A DNA stretch of 64,000 bases from Antedon mediterranea (GCF_964355755.1 NC_092679.1:12383432-12447431), one strand, 5' to 3'; positions 47,852-61,814 are shown, counted from the stretch's first letter. The notes: a model not told the origin generated them from the letters alone. Program-made: numbers and translations.

Positions 47852-49819
47852 TCAAATTGTGTTACTCTCTCCTGTGTGTATTTTCAAATGTATGATCAGA
47901 GTACTACTGTGAGTAAATTTCTTCCCACAATATTCACATTCATGTGTTTTCTCTCCTGTGTGCATTCTTAAATGCGTTTTTAAACTTCCAATCTGGTTGT
48001 ATTTCTTCCCACAATGTTCACATTCAAATGGTTTCTTTCCTGTGTGTATTCTTAAATGTGTGTTCAGAGAACTACTTCCAATAAATTTCTTCCCACAATG
48101 TTCACATTCATGTGATTTCTCTCTTGAGTGTATTCTTAAATGTCTTATCAAATGGCTGTTTCGCTTAAATTTCTTCCCACAATGTTCACATTCAAATGGC
48201 GTCTCTCCTGTGTGTATTCTTAAATGTGTGTTCAGATTACTACTTTCAATAAATTTCTTCCCACAATGTTCACATACAAATGGTTTTTCCCCTGTGTGTA
48301 TTTTTAAATGCGTGTTCAGAGTACTACTGCGAGTGAATCTCTTCCCACAATGTTCACATTCAAATGGTTTCTCTCCTGTGTGTATTCTTAAATGTCCTTT
48401 GAAATGGCTACCTCGGCTAAATTTCTTCCCACAATGTTCACATTCAAATGGTTTCTCTCCTGTGTGTATTCCTAAATGTCTTATCAAATTGCTTCTTTCA
48501 GTAAATTTCTTATCACAATGTTCACATTCAAATGGTTTCTCTCCTGTGTGTATTCTTAAATGTGTTTTCAAACTCCCAATCTGGTTGAATTTCTTCCCAC
48601 AATGTTCACATTCAAATGGTTTCTCTCCTGTGTGTATTCTTAAATGTATTTTCAGATTACTATATTGAAAAAATGTCTTCTCACAATGTACACATTCAAA
48701 TGGTTTCTCTCCTGTGTGCATTCTTAAATGCATTTTCAGACCACTATATTGAATAAATTTCTTCCCACAATGTACACATTCATATGGTGTCTCTCCTGTG
48801 TGTATTCTCAAATGTGTGTTCAGAATACTACTGCGAGTAAATTTCTTCCCACAATGTTCACATTCATGTGGTTTCTCTCCTGTGTGTATTCTTAAATGTG
48901 TTTTCAAACTCCCAATGTGGTTGAATTTCTTCCCACAATGTTCACATTCATATGGTGTCTCTCCTGTGTGTATTTTCAAATGTGTGTTCAGAATACTACT
49001 GCGAGTAAATTTCTTCCCACAATGTTTACATTCATATGGTCTCTCTCCTGTGTGTATTCTTAAATGTGTGTTCAGTGTACTACTGCGAGTAAATTTCTTT
49101 CCACAATGTTCACATTCATGTAGTTTCTCTCCTGTGTGTATTCTTAAATGTGTTTTTAAACTCCCAATCTGGTTGAATTTCTTCACACAATGTTCACATT
49201 CAAATGGTTTCTTTCCTGTGTGTATTTTCAAATGTGTGTTCAGAATACTACTGCGAGTAAATTTCTTCCCACAATGTTCACATTCATGTGGTTTCTCTCC
49301 TGAGTGTATTCTCAAATGTGTGTTCAGAGAACTACTTTCAATAAATTTCTTCCCACAATGTTCACATTCATGTGGTTTCTCTCCTGTGTGTATTCTCAAA
49401 TGTGTGTTCAGAGAACTACTTCCAATAAATTTCTTCCCACAATGTTCACATTCATGTGGTTTCTCTCCTGTGTGTATTCTTAAATGTCTTTTCAAATTGC
49501 TACCTTGACCATCTATCTTTCCACAATGTCCACATGCTTGTTCAGCAGGCATGTGTTTTGTGACGTGTGTTTTTAAATGTTTTTCAAAAACTTCCTTGCA
49601 ATGGAATTCCTTTACACAATGTCCACACTGGTATTCTTCCTGTAACAGTAACCCCTTGCTGTGTGTTTGGTTATGTAGCTCAAAATCATCTTCTTCGAAA
49701 AATGTCTCTCTACAATGTTCACATTTAATTTTTTTACTGCATATATTATGTATACCTAAATGTATCTTCAAGTCAGCGAAGTCAAATTTTTCACCACAAT
49801 GTTCACATTTATACTTCAT
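47852..49819 (-). CDS. Tandem C2H2 zinc-finger protein, 655 aa, roughly 22 fingers
   Basis: CEHCGKKF.....[11 protein letters not shown] repeats with 84-bp periodicity. Confidence 0.9.
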   Translation of the reverse strand: MKYKCEHCGEKFDFADLKIHLGIHNICSKKIKCEHCRETFFEEDDFELHNQTHSKGLLLQEEYQCGHCVKEFHCKEVFEKHLKTHVTKHMPAEQACGHCGKIDGQGSNLKRHLRIHTGEKPHECEHCGKKFIGSSSLNTHLRIHTGEKPHECEHCGKKFIESSSLNTHLRIHSGEKPHECEHCGKKFTRSSILNTHLKIHTGKKPFECEHCVKKFNQIGSLKTHLRIHTGEKLHECEHCGKKFTRSSTLNTHLRIHTGERPYECKHCGKKFTRSSILNTHLKIHTGETPYECEHCGKKFNHIGSLKTHLRIHTGEKPHECEHCGKKFTRSSILNTHLRIHTGETPYECVHCGKKFIQYSGLKMHLRMHTGEKPFECVHCEKTFFQYSNLKIHLRIHTGEKPFECEHCGKKFNQIGSLKTHLRIHTGEKPFECEHCDKKFTERSNLIRHLGIHTGEKPFECEHCGKKFSRGSHFKGHLRIHTGEKPFECEHCGKRFTRSSTLNTHLKIHTGEKPFVCEHCGKKFIESSNLNTHLRIHTGETPFECEHCGKKFKRNSHLIRHLRIHSREKSHECEHCGKKFIGSSSLNTHLRIHTGKKPFECEHCGKKYNQIGSLKTHLRMHTGEKTHECEYCGKKFTHSSTLIIHLKIHTGESNTI

Positions 49820-50236
49820 GATTTCGTTAAACTTCCAACAAAAGAAAAGAGGTTGTACAGTATACAGTACAATATTCAGAAATAAATATCTTTCCTTGGT
49901 TCTGGCTATCTACCTGGTGTATTATTATACAGCAGCAGCTAAAGGAATAAGAATAGATTTGGATAGAAACAATTGAAGTTTTGTTTACATAAAAATGACA
50001 AAAGGAGTATTATACTTATAGTATTTACAATTTACTAGCTGGAAAATCCTACTTTACAGAATTGATTAATAATATAAAACATAAATATATTAATAATAAA
50101 AATATTAATTATATATACTGTATATATATATATCATTCTCACAGATTTCCTCATCTTATCGTTTCAAATTAATTTCAGTTTAGAATTAATGTCCTATGCC
50201 TATGCGATATACTGAAATATGAAATCTGTGGGATGA

Positions 50237-50707
50237 CAAAAATCCGCCCCAACCGAGATTTGAACCCGAAGCCTTCTGCTTGATATGCAGATGTCCTAAC
50301 CATTCGACCACTTAGGATTTCATGGTATTGTTCAAACCCGATTGGATAGCGACTCTTTAAAATTCTCGGCGTGGTATGGCGAAACAGCACTAGTCCCTCC
50401 ATTTTACTCACGCTCACCAGAGATCAAATTGATACGCCCTCATCTTTCAGTATTTTATTCACGAAGCGGGATCTCCGAAGAGATACTTTTATTGTATTAA
50501 ACACAACAGAACAAATTCTAAATCGCCCTGTGATATACTGAAATGATATTAATTAATTTGAAACGATAAGATGAGGAAATCTGTGAGAATGAGAAAAAGC
50601 CGCCCCAACCGAGTTTCGAACCCGGAACCTTCTGCTACGATGACCTAACCATTAGACCACTGGGGCTTTCATGGTATTGTTCAAACTTGATTGGATAGCG
50701 ACTCTCT
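50237..50707 (-). repeat. Two tRNA-derived (SINE-like) direct repeats
   Basis: A-box/B-box-like GTGGTCGAATGGTTAGG...GGTTCAAATC at about 50240-50312 and 50600-50662, with a shared flank. Confidence 0.5.
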
Positions 50708-50859
50708 AAGTTTTTTAACACTCTCAAGTTTTGCAAGATTTGCCGCAAAGGTGACTGCCCAAATTTTGGCTGTCATGAGAGTTAATTTCACTCTTAAATT
50801 TGGATCTGATTAATATATCACGAAGGTTGGAATGGAAGGTCTACGAAATATAATAGTGG

Positions 50860-51540
50860 ATGGTTCCGGAAAACCAGTCCTGAGACGTTCTGGTGGACTG
50901 TCGAATGGGCATATGTTTCTCAATAATAGCCCGTAATGGAGGCAACCTAGAGTGATAGGTTGTGACCAATGGCACTCTATTCAAATTTGGCTGAAGTGGT
51001 TTGTACGTCAGTGTCTGAAATCGAGGAATATCTTTTCCTTTCTTTATAGCAGTTTCGGTGTATTCCTTCTTGTAATTTCTATTCCGGATATGTCCGGTTA
51101 GTTCTTCTGTACGATTCTGAAAATCTAAATCTGAAGAACAGATACGTCTGATACGTAATGCTTGACTGTACGGTATGTTTTTAGTACAGTCTCGGGGATG
51201 AAACTGCTAAGGAGCAGGTACATATTTTTATCCGTGAGTTTACGAAATAGCTCGGTTTGAGTGTACAATTTCTTATGGTTACTATAGTGTCCAAAAAGTC
51301 AACGCTACTAGTGGATTTAGTACCTGTAAATTTGATAGTTGGGTGGGCTAAATTAATATTCAGAAGAGTACAGATTATCTTCACCGTGGGTCCAAATCAT
51401 GAAGATATCGTCAATGTATCTAAACCAAACAAGTAGTTTATTAGGTTTGCGGGACAGAAAATTGGCCTCAAATTGACCCATAAATAAATTTGCAAAAGAT
51501 GGCGCCATTTTTGTGCCCATCACTGTGCCATGAATTTTAT
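50860..51540 (-). pseudogene. Penelope-like RT fragment
   Basis: GTVMGTKMAPSFANLFMG...WFRYIDDIFMIWTHG...HPTIKFT...VDFLD...IPYSQALRIRRICS. Confidence 0.8.
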
Positions 51541-52782
51541 TTCACCTGAGATCCAGCATGAGGTGACTAGGCCCAAGTGCAGAAAAGTTGAGGAATAGTT
51601 TGCTATTTCTCAGTTAATTGCAAGTGGTTTTTTTTTATTGCCAGAACATGATTTTGGCAATTTTGACAAATGGTATATGAATTGTAATTGAATTGAATTT
51701 TTTGGAAGTTATTTTATTTTAATTTGGTTTTAATAAATTGATTGATAACGGATAAAATATCTTAGGCCTAGGTCCTAGGCTAGGCCTCATTTTTAATTAG
51801 AACCAGGCTAGCCTACTAGGAACAAGTAATTACTTAGCTTTAAACACACAGGCCTCAGAACAGACATGTTTACCTGTTAAAAATACACAGCCATTAGTCT
51901 TACACAGCTGGTTTTAACCACGCAAGGGGGCCTAGCTAGCATAGGAAAAAATCCAGCCAGGCTATATGAATACGAACCTTGTTAAAACATTCAAGGATAA
52001 CTAAAATATCCAACTAAATCAAAGAATTCAACAGAAAACATGTATCACTTGAGAAAAAAACTGGCGTTGGGTGTAGGCCTAAATACAATGTTGGTTAACT
52101 TTCAGTTAGATCAAAGAATATATATCTTCTTTGGTTAGATTCCCTCTGAAAATCCACGTGACATCAACATCTTTTTCACCTTCATCCAGCGTTGTTCTAA
52201 TAATGAATATTCATTATTTTTCTGGCTTTCGCGGTTTTTATTTGTTTTTATTGGCTATTAAAATACAGTCGTTTTATGCATGATTGCTTCCGGGTTCCTC
52301 GTGTGGTTTGTATACAATATGTTTTCGGAATCTCTACTCCATAAAACGCTATAAAACGTTGGGGCGCTACATTTAATTTATATTTCTGGAACAGCTGTGA
52401 ATATTGTTTCAATCAAGTATAATTATTCCGTATAATAGGTGTGGATTCTTTATCATTGTGATAGTGCTGTTTCTGGCTAATATTCCAATGCTAATCATCT
52501 AAAGCAAGGGGTCATTTATCTAAAGAGGTCAAGTTGCCATGGTAATATGCATGTTCGGCTGTACCTACAATCATATGAATGTGGGTTAGTCATAAGTCAT
52601 ACAGTCCTCAGTCCTATACTATACTTGCTGACAAAGTGCAATGCATGTGAGGCAAGCTGACCATTTGTGCGAGGTTTACAATTTCCAAAAAGTGCCAAGT
52701 ACGAGGCATATCTTAACGTGCTATACTACCCAATAATGATATGGCTATGAGAGTACTAACTCCCGTTTGGAAATAATAGGGG

Positions 52783-53593
52783 CCTGTTTCTGCTGCAACT
52801 GCTCAAAATACGGTATAAAAATACGGTATAAAATATGGTATTTTTTATACCATATTTTTTAGTACCCCGTTTCTGCTAACAATACTTCTTGGGTGGTCGT
52901 GTTAAATTTCATCTTTTTTACCCAAATTGCCATTCATTTATTTGATCGATAATTAAAAGTCGCAATAAAGGAAGTTTTACGTCTCACTTTCAACAGCCTA
53001 GCCCTTGTGATAGAGATGTTGTGAGAGTACAGAAAACATCGTAATGGGGACAATTAATTCATTCCCTCCCCGAGTTATTGTATTTTGCAATGTTGTACTG
53101 CTTTCGCAGGCTCTTCAGCTTTGAGTTTACTTGCTTTGGAGACAAGTCTATTCCATACTCCTGCTTTATTTTTTTAGAAATGTCTTTATAAATGTGGTTG
53201 TCCCTTTTATTAGTTGGCCAGACATTTTAGCTTCCCCACACACATTTATTTAGTAAAACTGTGACGTCTTCGCTCCACATTTTCGCCGAATATATCTATA
53301 CACGTGTGAAAAAGCAGCTGACAGCGACAGAAAATAAAAACACGAATGTTGACCTTTTGTCATGTAAAAAAAAATACGGTATTTTTTATAGGCAGCAGAA
53401 ACGGGTACAAAAAATACGGTATAAATTTGTAAATACCGTATTTTATCCACAAATTTTGTGGGGAAAATACGGTATACAAAATACGGTATATTTTTTATGA
53501 GCGCAGTTTCTGCTGCCAAAAATATACCGTATATATACGGTATTCAAAAAATACCGTATAATATACGGTATTTAGTTGGCAGCAGAAACAGGG
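52783..53593. mobile_element. MITE-like element with AAATACGGTA subterminal repeats
   Basis: CCTGTTTCTGCTGC..AACT inverted at both ends; many ATACGGTA/TACCGTAT motifs. Confidence 0.55.
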
Positions 53594-55534
53594 TAGTGGT
53601 TTGCCTTATATTTCAAATATGGCAGCACAGTAAACAGTAATTCGAAACTTCAAATAAACTGTGAATATAGGCCTACTAACTGTCGGAAACGCATACACCT
53701 AACATGTCAACTCTCTTGTTTTGGCAGTGAGAATTCCGTATTGTTGTACTGTAATTGCATTTTGTGTAATAAAGTCATCAAGTTGTTTATTTTCATGATT
53801 GCTATGTATTTCATTAAAGTCATATCCTATCAAATTATTTGCGTCCACTTTTCCAACAGTGCCCTAAGAAGTGATAGTTTTCATCCGTATGCGAAAAGGT
53901 AAACATATGCTAATCTAAATGATATAACTGCTATACTATTCTAAATTAATTAATATCTTTAATAGCGATACTGTACTCTTTAATTGTTATAAAATGTCAA
54001 AAAAAGGTATATGCATCATAAATTATACCTCTACTATGCATTAAAGATTGGAAATTAATTAACAAAACATTATCCTCAACTATAGATTGTAATTATTAGG
54101 ATAGATACTGTGCATGATGTATAGCCAGTAGCAGTACTATAAAGTAATAATAACCTGATTAAATAGTATAGATGGCATAATAAAAAGATAAAATTATAAA
54201 CCTAGCATGTACTCACACTGTGATTCTTAAATAGAGACACGTCAAAGATTTAAAGAATTGAAACTTGTAATCAAAAAGAGTATAACAACTTGTTGACCTT
54301 TCTCAGTGAATGCTACTGTAGTACTAATTCCTGTACAGTACTGTATAGAGTATACAACGTACAAAGCAAGCCAATTCATTGGAATGTCCAAACCTAAACA
54401 AAATGCCCTAATGAGAATACAGTGTGGTACCAAGGTCGAAACTAGAAGTAACCAGAGTACGTGACTGACAGTTTTGGAATTGCGTATACCCGACTAATTA
54501 ACAGGTCAATGGTGCTCGACCAAAAATAAGTCTGGGAGTAATGTACAGTATATATACATTCTTTGAATGAGGTTAAATAAACACTCTTTTTTTATTTAAT
54601 GCCATTCGAATACTGTACATAATACAGTACTGTAGTTTAGGGTATGAATATATATTTTTGCTCTGTACAGCAGGTCAGACTATATTAACACAAAACGTTT
54701 ACTACTGATTGTTAAACATAAATAATTGATATAATAAATCATTATATCTGACGAAAAAAACAATGATTAAACTGTTAAAAAGTAAAGAAATATGTCTTGT
54801 TATAGTAATGTTACAGGTACAAAAGCAAATCCTGTGGGCCACAGAGTGTGGAACATGTTATGTTGCATATTCAAGATCTGACTCTTTATTGACCAAACAA
54901 CTTTATACATTGACAATCTAATCACTACAATGAATTTTATACTACATACTGTTTACATAGGATTAGTATAATTATCATTTCTGCTTCTTTGCATAGCAAC
55001 AGGATAGTTCTATAAGCAGAGGCTAGTAATTAATAGCCAACAGTTCAAGGTTGGTCATTTAACAAAGAAAGCTAACATGTTGCATATTCAAGTTGTAATG
55101 TAATGATATAACATTTGAAATCAACTTTATATCACAATTCAATTGAGTTCACCAATTTGCCCCAGAAACGTCCAGTGAAGATATTGACCAGATGTTTTTC
55201 ATACCAATTAGTCCCAAAAGAAAAACAGTTTATATAACCTTAAGAACTTTGACATCATAAAATCATTGGAGATTTTTCACAGATTTGACAACCATTATTC
55301 ATCATTGTATTACCTTGAGACAATCAGCGCTTTCAAAAAGGTACCTGGATCAATTTGACCAATACGTAAACTCAGAGAGATGATATATCACCAATTTTAA
55401 CACGTTGTTGTCGGTTATACAGGAATGTATGGAACGCCGTTTACGCAAAATTTCGATGATACGAATTTTATGACGCGAAATGTGAAAGAAATGCATCGAT
55501 ATGAATTGAATGGCGCGATATCGGGCGCTATATA

Positions 55535-55840
55535 TGAATGAAATGTTTTGAATGAAATGTTTGGAATTGAATGTTTTGAATGAAATGTTTTGAATGAAAT
55601 GTTTTGAATAAAATGTTTTGAATGAAATGTTTTGAATGAAATGTTTTGAATAAAATGTTTTGAATGAAATGTTTTGAATGAAATGTTTTGAATTGATTGT
55701 TTTGAATGAAATGTTTTGAATTGAATGTTTTGAGTAAAATGTTTTGAATAAAATGTTTTGAATGAAATGTTTTGAATGAAATGTTTTGAATAAAATGTTT
55801 TGAATGAAATGTTTTGAATGAAATGTTTGAATTGAATTGA
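55535..55840. repeat. 15-bp minisatellite (TGAATGAAATGTTTT)n
   Basis: About 20 adjacent copies, flanked by a duplicated ~95-bp block (about 55427 and 55915). Confidence 0.92.
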
Positions 55841-57399
55841 AAAGTCAAACTATTGGCGGCGTATGTCATTCCCGCTCGCGATTTTGTTCTCAACCTCTAG
55901 TCTTAAACCCTCATCTATGGAACGACGTTTACGCAACATTTCGATTATATGAATTTTATGACGCGATATGTGAATGAAATGCATCGATATGAATTGAATG
56001 GCACGAAAGAAAATTGTTGTCATCATTGTTTTTACAGAATAGTTAATTAGGCCTATACACCGTATTTTTTCTGTGTTTCAACCTCTAATCCTCTCTCTTA
56101 CATTTTAAGAGAAGATGTTTGTTAAAACGACAAACGTCATTCTGACGTTATAAATCATCGATTGGAGTCTCGTTTGAGTTAAGAATTCCGTGTAAACACA
56201 CAATAAAGTGTTTTTGTGTAAAACGTCTAAAGAAATAAAACCCGGTGGTATTTTTTTTTCCTTTTCTAAAGAAATATCACAACTTGCTTTTTATTTAAAC
56301 ATAACATAATATTTCAACAATGGATGTGTGACGTCAAACGAATGCTCTATCTCTGTTTTTTTTTTTTCAATAATTATATGCACTTTGTAAGACAGGTTTT
56401 GCTTTGAAATTACACGTAAACGAAAACACTATTTTATGTAGGCCCTACTATTCAAGGAATGTTAACCCTCGAACAAAAATTAAGGCTTATTTTCCTAATA
56501 TTGTTTTGTATTGAAGAACAAATCTTGAAGGGGCCTCTACTAGCATTTTTCTAAATAGGGCCTACTGTGGCCGTTGTTAAAATGATTTCCTTGTTAGCTA
56601 TCGTAAATTGATGTTAGTACGATATATTATGAATTCGTACACACTTCGTGCATCTGAGCGTTATGGGTACATTAACACCTACTACCAGTCCCTATAAGAA
56701 TTTATACCTGTTTGTATTGATGATATCATAAATCATGGAATCAGATTCAGAGTCAGATAGCTTCCAGCATGAGATTGTTAGATAGATCAATACGAATTAT
56801 ATCCGATACGGTTCTGCTATCAATAGATTGCGATCAAGCGATTGGCTGAACCAGTTTATACAAAAAGGTGTATAAGTCAGTGTCATCTGTCAGTCAAGAC
56901 AGTTTGGACAGACTACTACAATGAGTAAGAATGCACGTGTACCACGTCCGTTCGATGTAAACACGAGTTAGTAGTCTAGGACCTGGAACATTTCTTGGAA
57001 TTTCAATTAGGCCTACTCTGGAATATAACCCCATTTTTGCATATTGATGAGACTTATTTGTTCGATAGTTGGCTAAGAGTAGGTTATAAGTAGGACAACA
57101 AGGCATGTAAAGTATTTTTAACCATGTGCTTAAATATTCTACAGGGATAAATAAAAATATTTAACAATATTAAAGATTGTGCATTAGGATATAGGCATAA
57201 CAGAAGCCTGTCAAATGAAAGTTAATATTATTGCAAAGTGATGCCTACTGATCTTCAAGTGTGCGTAGGTCTATAAAAAGACATTAAGAGGGACTTTCTT
57301 TTCATTCCTGAGGCCTACATGTCCCACCCATTGTCATTAGGGCTACCTTTTTGTATTCTCATACAAATGAAGCTTATAGAATTGATCTTTCATGGGGAC

Positions 57400-59520
57400 T
57401 GGTCCCGGGACTGGTCTGATGCGCTAAAAGAAAGAAACATGCATTGATGGATACTCTTGTGTGAACGCTCAGACCGGACTGCGAACTCTGGTAAAACGAT
57501 TGGAGGCGGAGCGAGTATGCATCTACATCAATGAGAGATGGTGTAATAACATAACTGTGAAACACCAATTATGTACACCAGATGTAGAGCTTATCACCGT
57601 TGCACTTTGACCCCACTAGTTACCGCGAGAATTCAACCAAATATTCGTTACCGTAGTCTATATTCATCCAAGGGCCGACGCAAAAATAGCATCGTCAACG
57701 ATTCAGGACTTTAGTCATGAACTAGAAACAGCATCACCTGACGCGGTAAAACTTTTTCTTGGTGACTTCAATTTATGTGACCTAAAACATGCCCTGCCAC
57801 ATTACTATCAGTATGTAAACGTTCCAAACGAGAGGAGACCGCACATTAGACAAATGTTATGGTAACATTAAAAGCTCCTATAAAGCATCAGCGAAAGCCG
57901 GTGGTATAGGTAAATCGGACCATGGTATGATCCAACGGTGCCTGCTTATACACAGAAATTGAAGCAATTTAAGCCAGTGGTAAAGAAAGTCAAGATGTGG
58001 ACTGAAGAGGGATGAGAAGAATTAAAATGTGGCTTAGAGTCTACAGATTGGGATGTTTTTCTGTCGTCAAACTCAATCGATGAAGCAACAGAAACTATTA
58101 GTGACTACATAACATTTTCTGTGTCTAGCCTAATTAAGAAAAAAAAAGGTTAAAGTGTACCCAAATAGTAAACCTTGGATAACGAAGGAAATTAAAACAT
58201 TGTTAAAATTAAAACACAACGCGGTGAGTAAAAATAACACAGATGATAAAAAAGGATTACAGAAAGAGATAAATACTATTATCAAAGCTGGAAAAAGGAA
58301 ATTATGGAGAAAAGATAAAAAAACAAGTTTAAAAGTTCTAATTCTAAACAGGCATGGGATGGACTTAAAACGATAATAAATTGTAAAAAGAGTAAAACTG
58401 TTAAAGCCCCTCTCGATGTCGATACATTAACGTTTGAAAATGACTTAAACATATTTTTTAATAGATTTGATAACAATAACTTGAAAGAAAAACTTAATGG
58501 CATGAAACATTCAATAGAGGAGGAAACTGTGGACGCTTTCAGTTGAGAAAATCTTCAAGTCACTAAATCCTAATAAAGCTCCCGGATCAGACATGATACC
58601 GGGAAAAACTGGCCCCAGTGTTCTCACGTCTGTATAAATGGTCAGTTAATTCCTGTTGTTCTGTTCCTAAACTATGGAAATCAGCAATAATTACCCCTGT
58701 AAACAAAATTAATAAACCAAGTGTATATAATGACTACCGACCCATAGCTCTAACTCAAATTGTTATGAAATGCTTCTAGAAAGTAGTGAAAGATTTTCTA
58801 GTTCAAGAGACCGAGCGATTTGCCGATGCTTTTCAGTTCGCATACTGTGCTGGCAATGGGGTAGAGGATGCAGTCTTGGCACTACTACATCCTATTTACG
58901 AAACTCTAGACACCCCTAGATGCTATGCCAGAACGCTGTTTATTGATCTGTCATCGGCATTTAACACCCTACAGCCTTATATGCTACTTAAGAAACTGAG
59001 GGACATGAGCGTAAACCCATATCTTACCTTATGGATAGGGGATTTACTCAGTGATCGAATGCAAAAAGTAAAAATTAATGGTGTTATCTCAAACAGCATT
59101 ATTTCTAACACAGGTGCACCACAAGGTTGTGTCCTGTCGCCGCTTTTGTTCAGCTTATATACATATGATCTCAGGTGTAATGATAGCTCGTGTCGTATAG
59201 TCAAGTTCGCAGACGACACATGTATCACAGGTCTTATCATGAATGACGATGAAAGTGTCTACAGGAATGAAGTATTCAAACTTATTAAATGGTTTGAAGA
59301 CAATTTCCTACACTTGAACGTGAACAAACAAATGAGATGATCTTCGAGTTTAGGCGGAAAATAACAACACCACTGAAGCCTCTATCGATAGACAATACTG
59401 ATGTTAAAATAACTAGAGTGTGAAAATATTTAGGGGTATGGATTGATGACAAATTAAACTGAAACATAAACACAACTAAGCTATGCATTAAGACAAATCA
59501 ACGGCTTTATTTCCTCCTCC
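57400..59520 (+). pseudogene. Degenerate Rex1/Babar-type LINE (APE endonuclease + RT)
   Basis: LRPHXLPREF, VYIHP, GDFN, LDKCYGN, GKSDH; YPNSKPWIT; DYRPIALT, FIDLSSAFNTL, GAPQGCVLSPLLFSLYT, KFADDT; many stops. Confidence 0.85.
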
Positions 59521-59727
59521 TTATCATCTGGCAGCACAACAAGGTGGACTTAGATAGTTTTCTAATACACCTCAACTCTCAACATCGTAACATAGCATTC
59601 ACAGTGGAAAAGGAAAACGACCACAGTTTACCATTCCTTGACGTATTTGTCACAAAGGAACCCGAGGGCACTTTGTCCCACAAAGTATATCGCAAACCCA
59701 CGCACACGGACAGATATTTGAACCTGC
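59521..59727 (+). pseudogene. Penelope RT fragment
   Basis: FLIHLNSQHRNIAFTVEKENDHSLPFLDV...VYRKPTHTDRYLN. Confidence 0.8.
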
Positions 59728-60040
59728 AAGTGAAAAAGAAATTTCTGAAATTGTCAAAAACTCGCCTGCTAAATCTTGCAGTCTTGATCCAGTTCCTACT
59801 CTGTTAATTAAATTCTGTTGTTTTTGTTCCACTAATTACACGTGTCGTTAATCTGTCTTTGGAAACTGAGGTTTTCCCAGATATTTGTAAAATCTCGCAC
59901 ATACGTCCTCAATTAAAGAAATCGGGTCTTGATCTTGAAAAGCTATCCAATTACAGACCAGTATCAAATCTGTGTTTTCTTGGAAAAGTAATTGAAAAAT
60001 TGGTATCTAAACGTATACTATCACACGTAAAGGATAATCC
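59728..60040 (+). pseudogene. L2-type LINE ORF2 fragment
   Basis: KSCSLDPVPT...VVNLSL...FP...LKKSGLD...[20 protein letters not shown]. Confidence 0.8.
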
Positions 60041-61347
60041 TTTGCATTCGTCACTTCCTCCTCGTCTTCCCAGTTTTCCCAGTCTTTCTCCTCCTCCTCC
60101 TCCTCGTCGTCAGATCTTTCGATTGGTATCACAGTAATGCTATTGCCTGCCACTTCAGACTGTAAGAAAAACAAATGGTCAAGTTCATTTTCATCTGTAA
60201 TTAAATTAATATAAAATAAATGAATAATTCCGAGTATTATCAATATATTGTTTACTGTGTTATTGTTTTCTTTCTCTTCTTTCTTTTTTTCTTTCTTTTC
60301 CTCATCCATCTTTTCTTTCTTCTTTTTCTTTTCCCTTTTCTCCTCCTCTTTCTTTTCATCCTTCTCCATTTTGGTCTTTCTTTTCTGCTTCTCCTTTTCC
60401 TGCTTCTTCTTTTTTTTATTCTCCTTGTTATCAGCTTGTGAAAACGCTAGACTATAAAGTATAATGTAAGTAAATATAAAGTTATTGATAATACTTACTA
60501 TCAGGCATGGTAAATGTTTAAAAAAGACAGGCTGTTGTTAGGCCTAATTATTATTTGTCATACCTTTTGAGCATATCCATCGTAGACATTTTTAAGCATT
60601 TTTTCAGCTTCATCTGCAGTTGCCAATGTCAACTCTTGGTCGTAACCATGATCAATAGCTACAGCAGCAGCATTGTTTGTGGTAGATGCAGCGTTAGTGG
60701 CAGATGCAGCTGCAGAGGTAGAGGCAGGTGTAGCTGCAGCAGCAACCGCGTTGGTGGTAGATACAGCTACATCGTTGGTGTCAGATGCAGCGGCAACTTG
60801 TATGACCTATAAAACATTTAATCAAATTTAATTAGCAAATGCATAAAACCATGAATGATGTAATGTAATGTAATAAGATCCAAAGGCAATCAACTATCAC
60901 ATAAGACACCAAACAACTATTCTGCCATTGGTCAATCAATTATTTATCAATTATTGATGAATTCATGAATAGATAATCTATAATAAACTATAACGTTCAA
61001 TAAGCCAATTTAAAATTATCTTTCGAAATAATTACAGCCTTCATGATTGAATTATTATATTTATTTATTGTTAGGTGATTTTGATTATTTCGGTTGTTTT
61101 TTGTATCATGTTTAAGTTTCATTCATTCATTATTTTTTTAATTGATCAGATGATATAAATGTATTCAATCAATAAGACCAATTATTAGTAAATTAATGAT
61201 AATTTAATTAATATTATTTTAAATATTAAAATGAATTTAATGGAACTAAAAGTTATTGATTTATTTAACTATTAATTTATTAACAATATATTTTAAAAAA
61301 ATACCAAATTGTTAGTTAATTTAAATAAATACTTAAATTCAATTCAA

Positions 61348-61400
61348 CTAGAGGGTTCGCTCGCTTCGCTCGCGCACCCTCTAGTGGGTGTACCCGAATG
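61348..61400 (-). mobile_element. Helitron 3' end related to the 20.6-23.7 kb family
   Basis: Minus strand reads AGAGGGTGCGCGAGCGAAGCGAGCGAACCCT then CTAG|T. Confidence 0.6.
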
Positions 61401-61814
61401 GTCCTCGAAAACATGACCAACACCTCTGGAAATTGAAGCCCGGGTGACACCTATGCATATGACTGATGAGTAATGTATGTTTATTTTGTGATGTTTCATG
61501 GTGGTCCATAAATTAGGTACGCCAAAAATATCGCTTCCAGGGTAATAGCCTATAGCAAATTAGAGTTTAAAAAATGTACGAATAGAGAGAACAATATAGG
61601 CTAATTATTATATTCGTCTTGTGTGTGTGAGATTTGAACCTGTACTGAAAATAAGTTTGGTAAGATGCGAAATGTATACCAATTATGATTGATTACGTCC
61701 CCTGTCAGTAATGATGTATGTACACTTGACAGCAATCGGTGGTTAGGAACGTAAAGGGGAAAAGTTACTAAATAGATTTATTTATTTGTAAACAAAATGT
61801 ACATTAATTCTCCC

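Noticed and set aside
55528-55893. 121-aa repeat protein (FKTFHSKHFIQNI)n
   Set aside because: Translation of a 15-bp minisatellite.
60220-60457. Phe/Leu-rich membrane protein ORFs
   Set aside because: Antisense reading of a purine-rich low-complexity tract.
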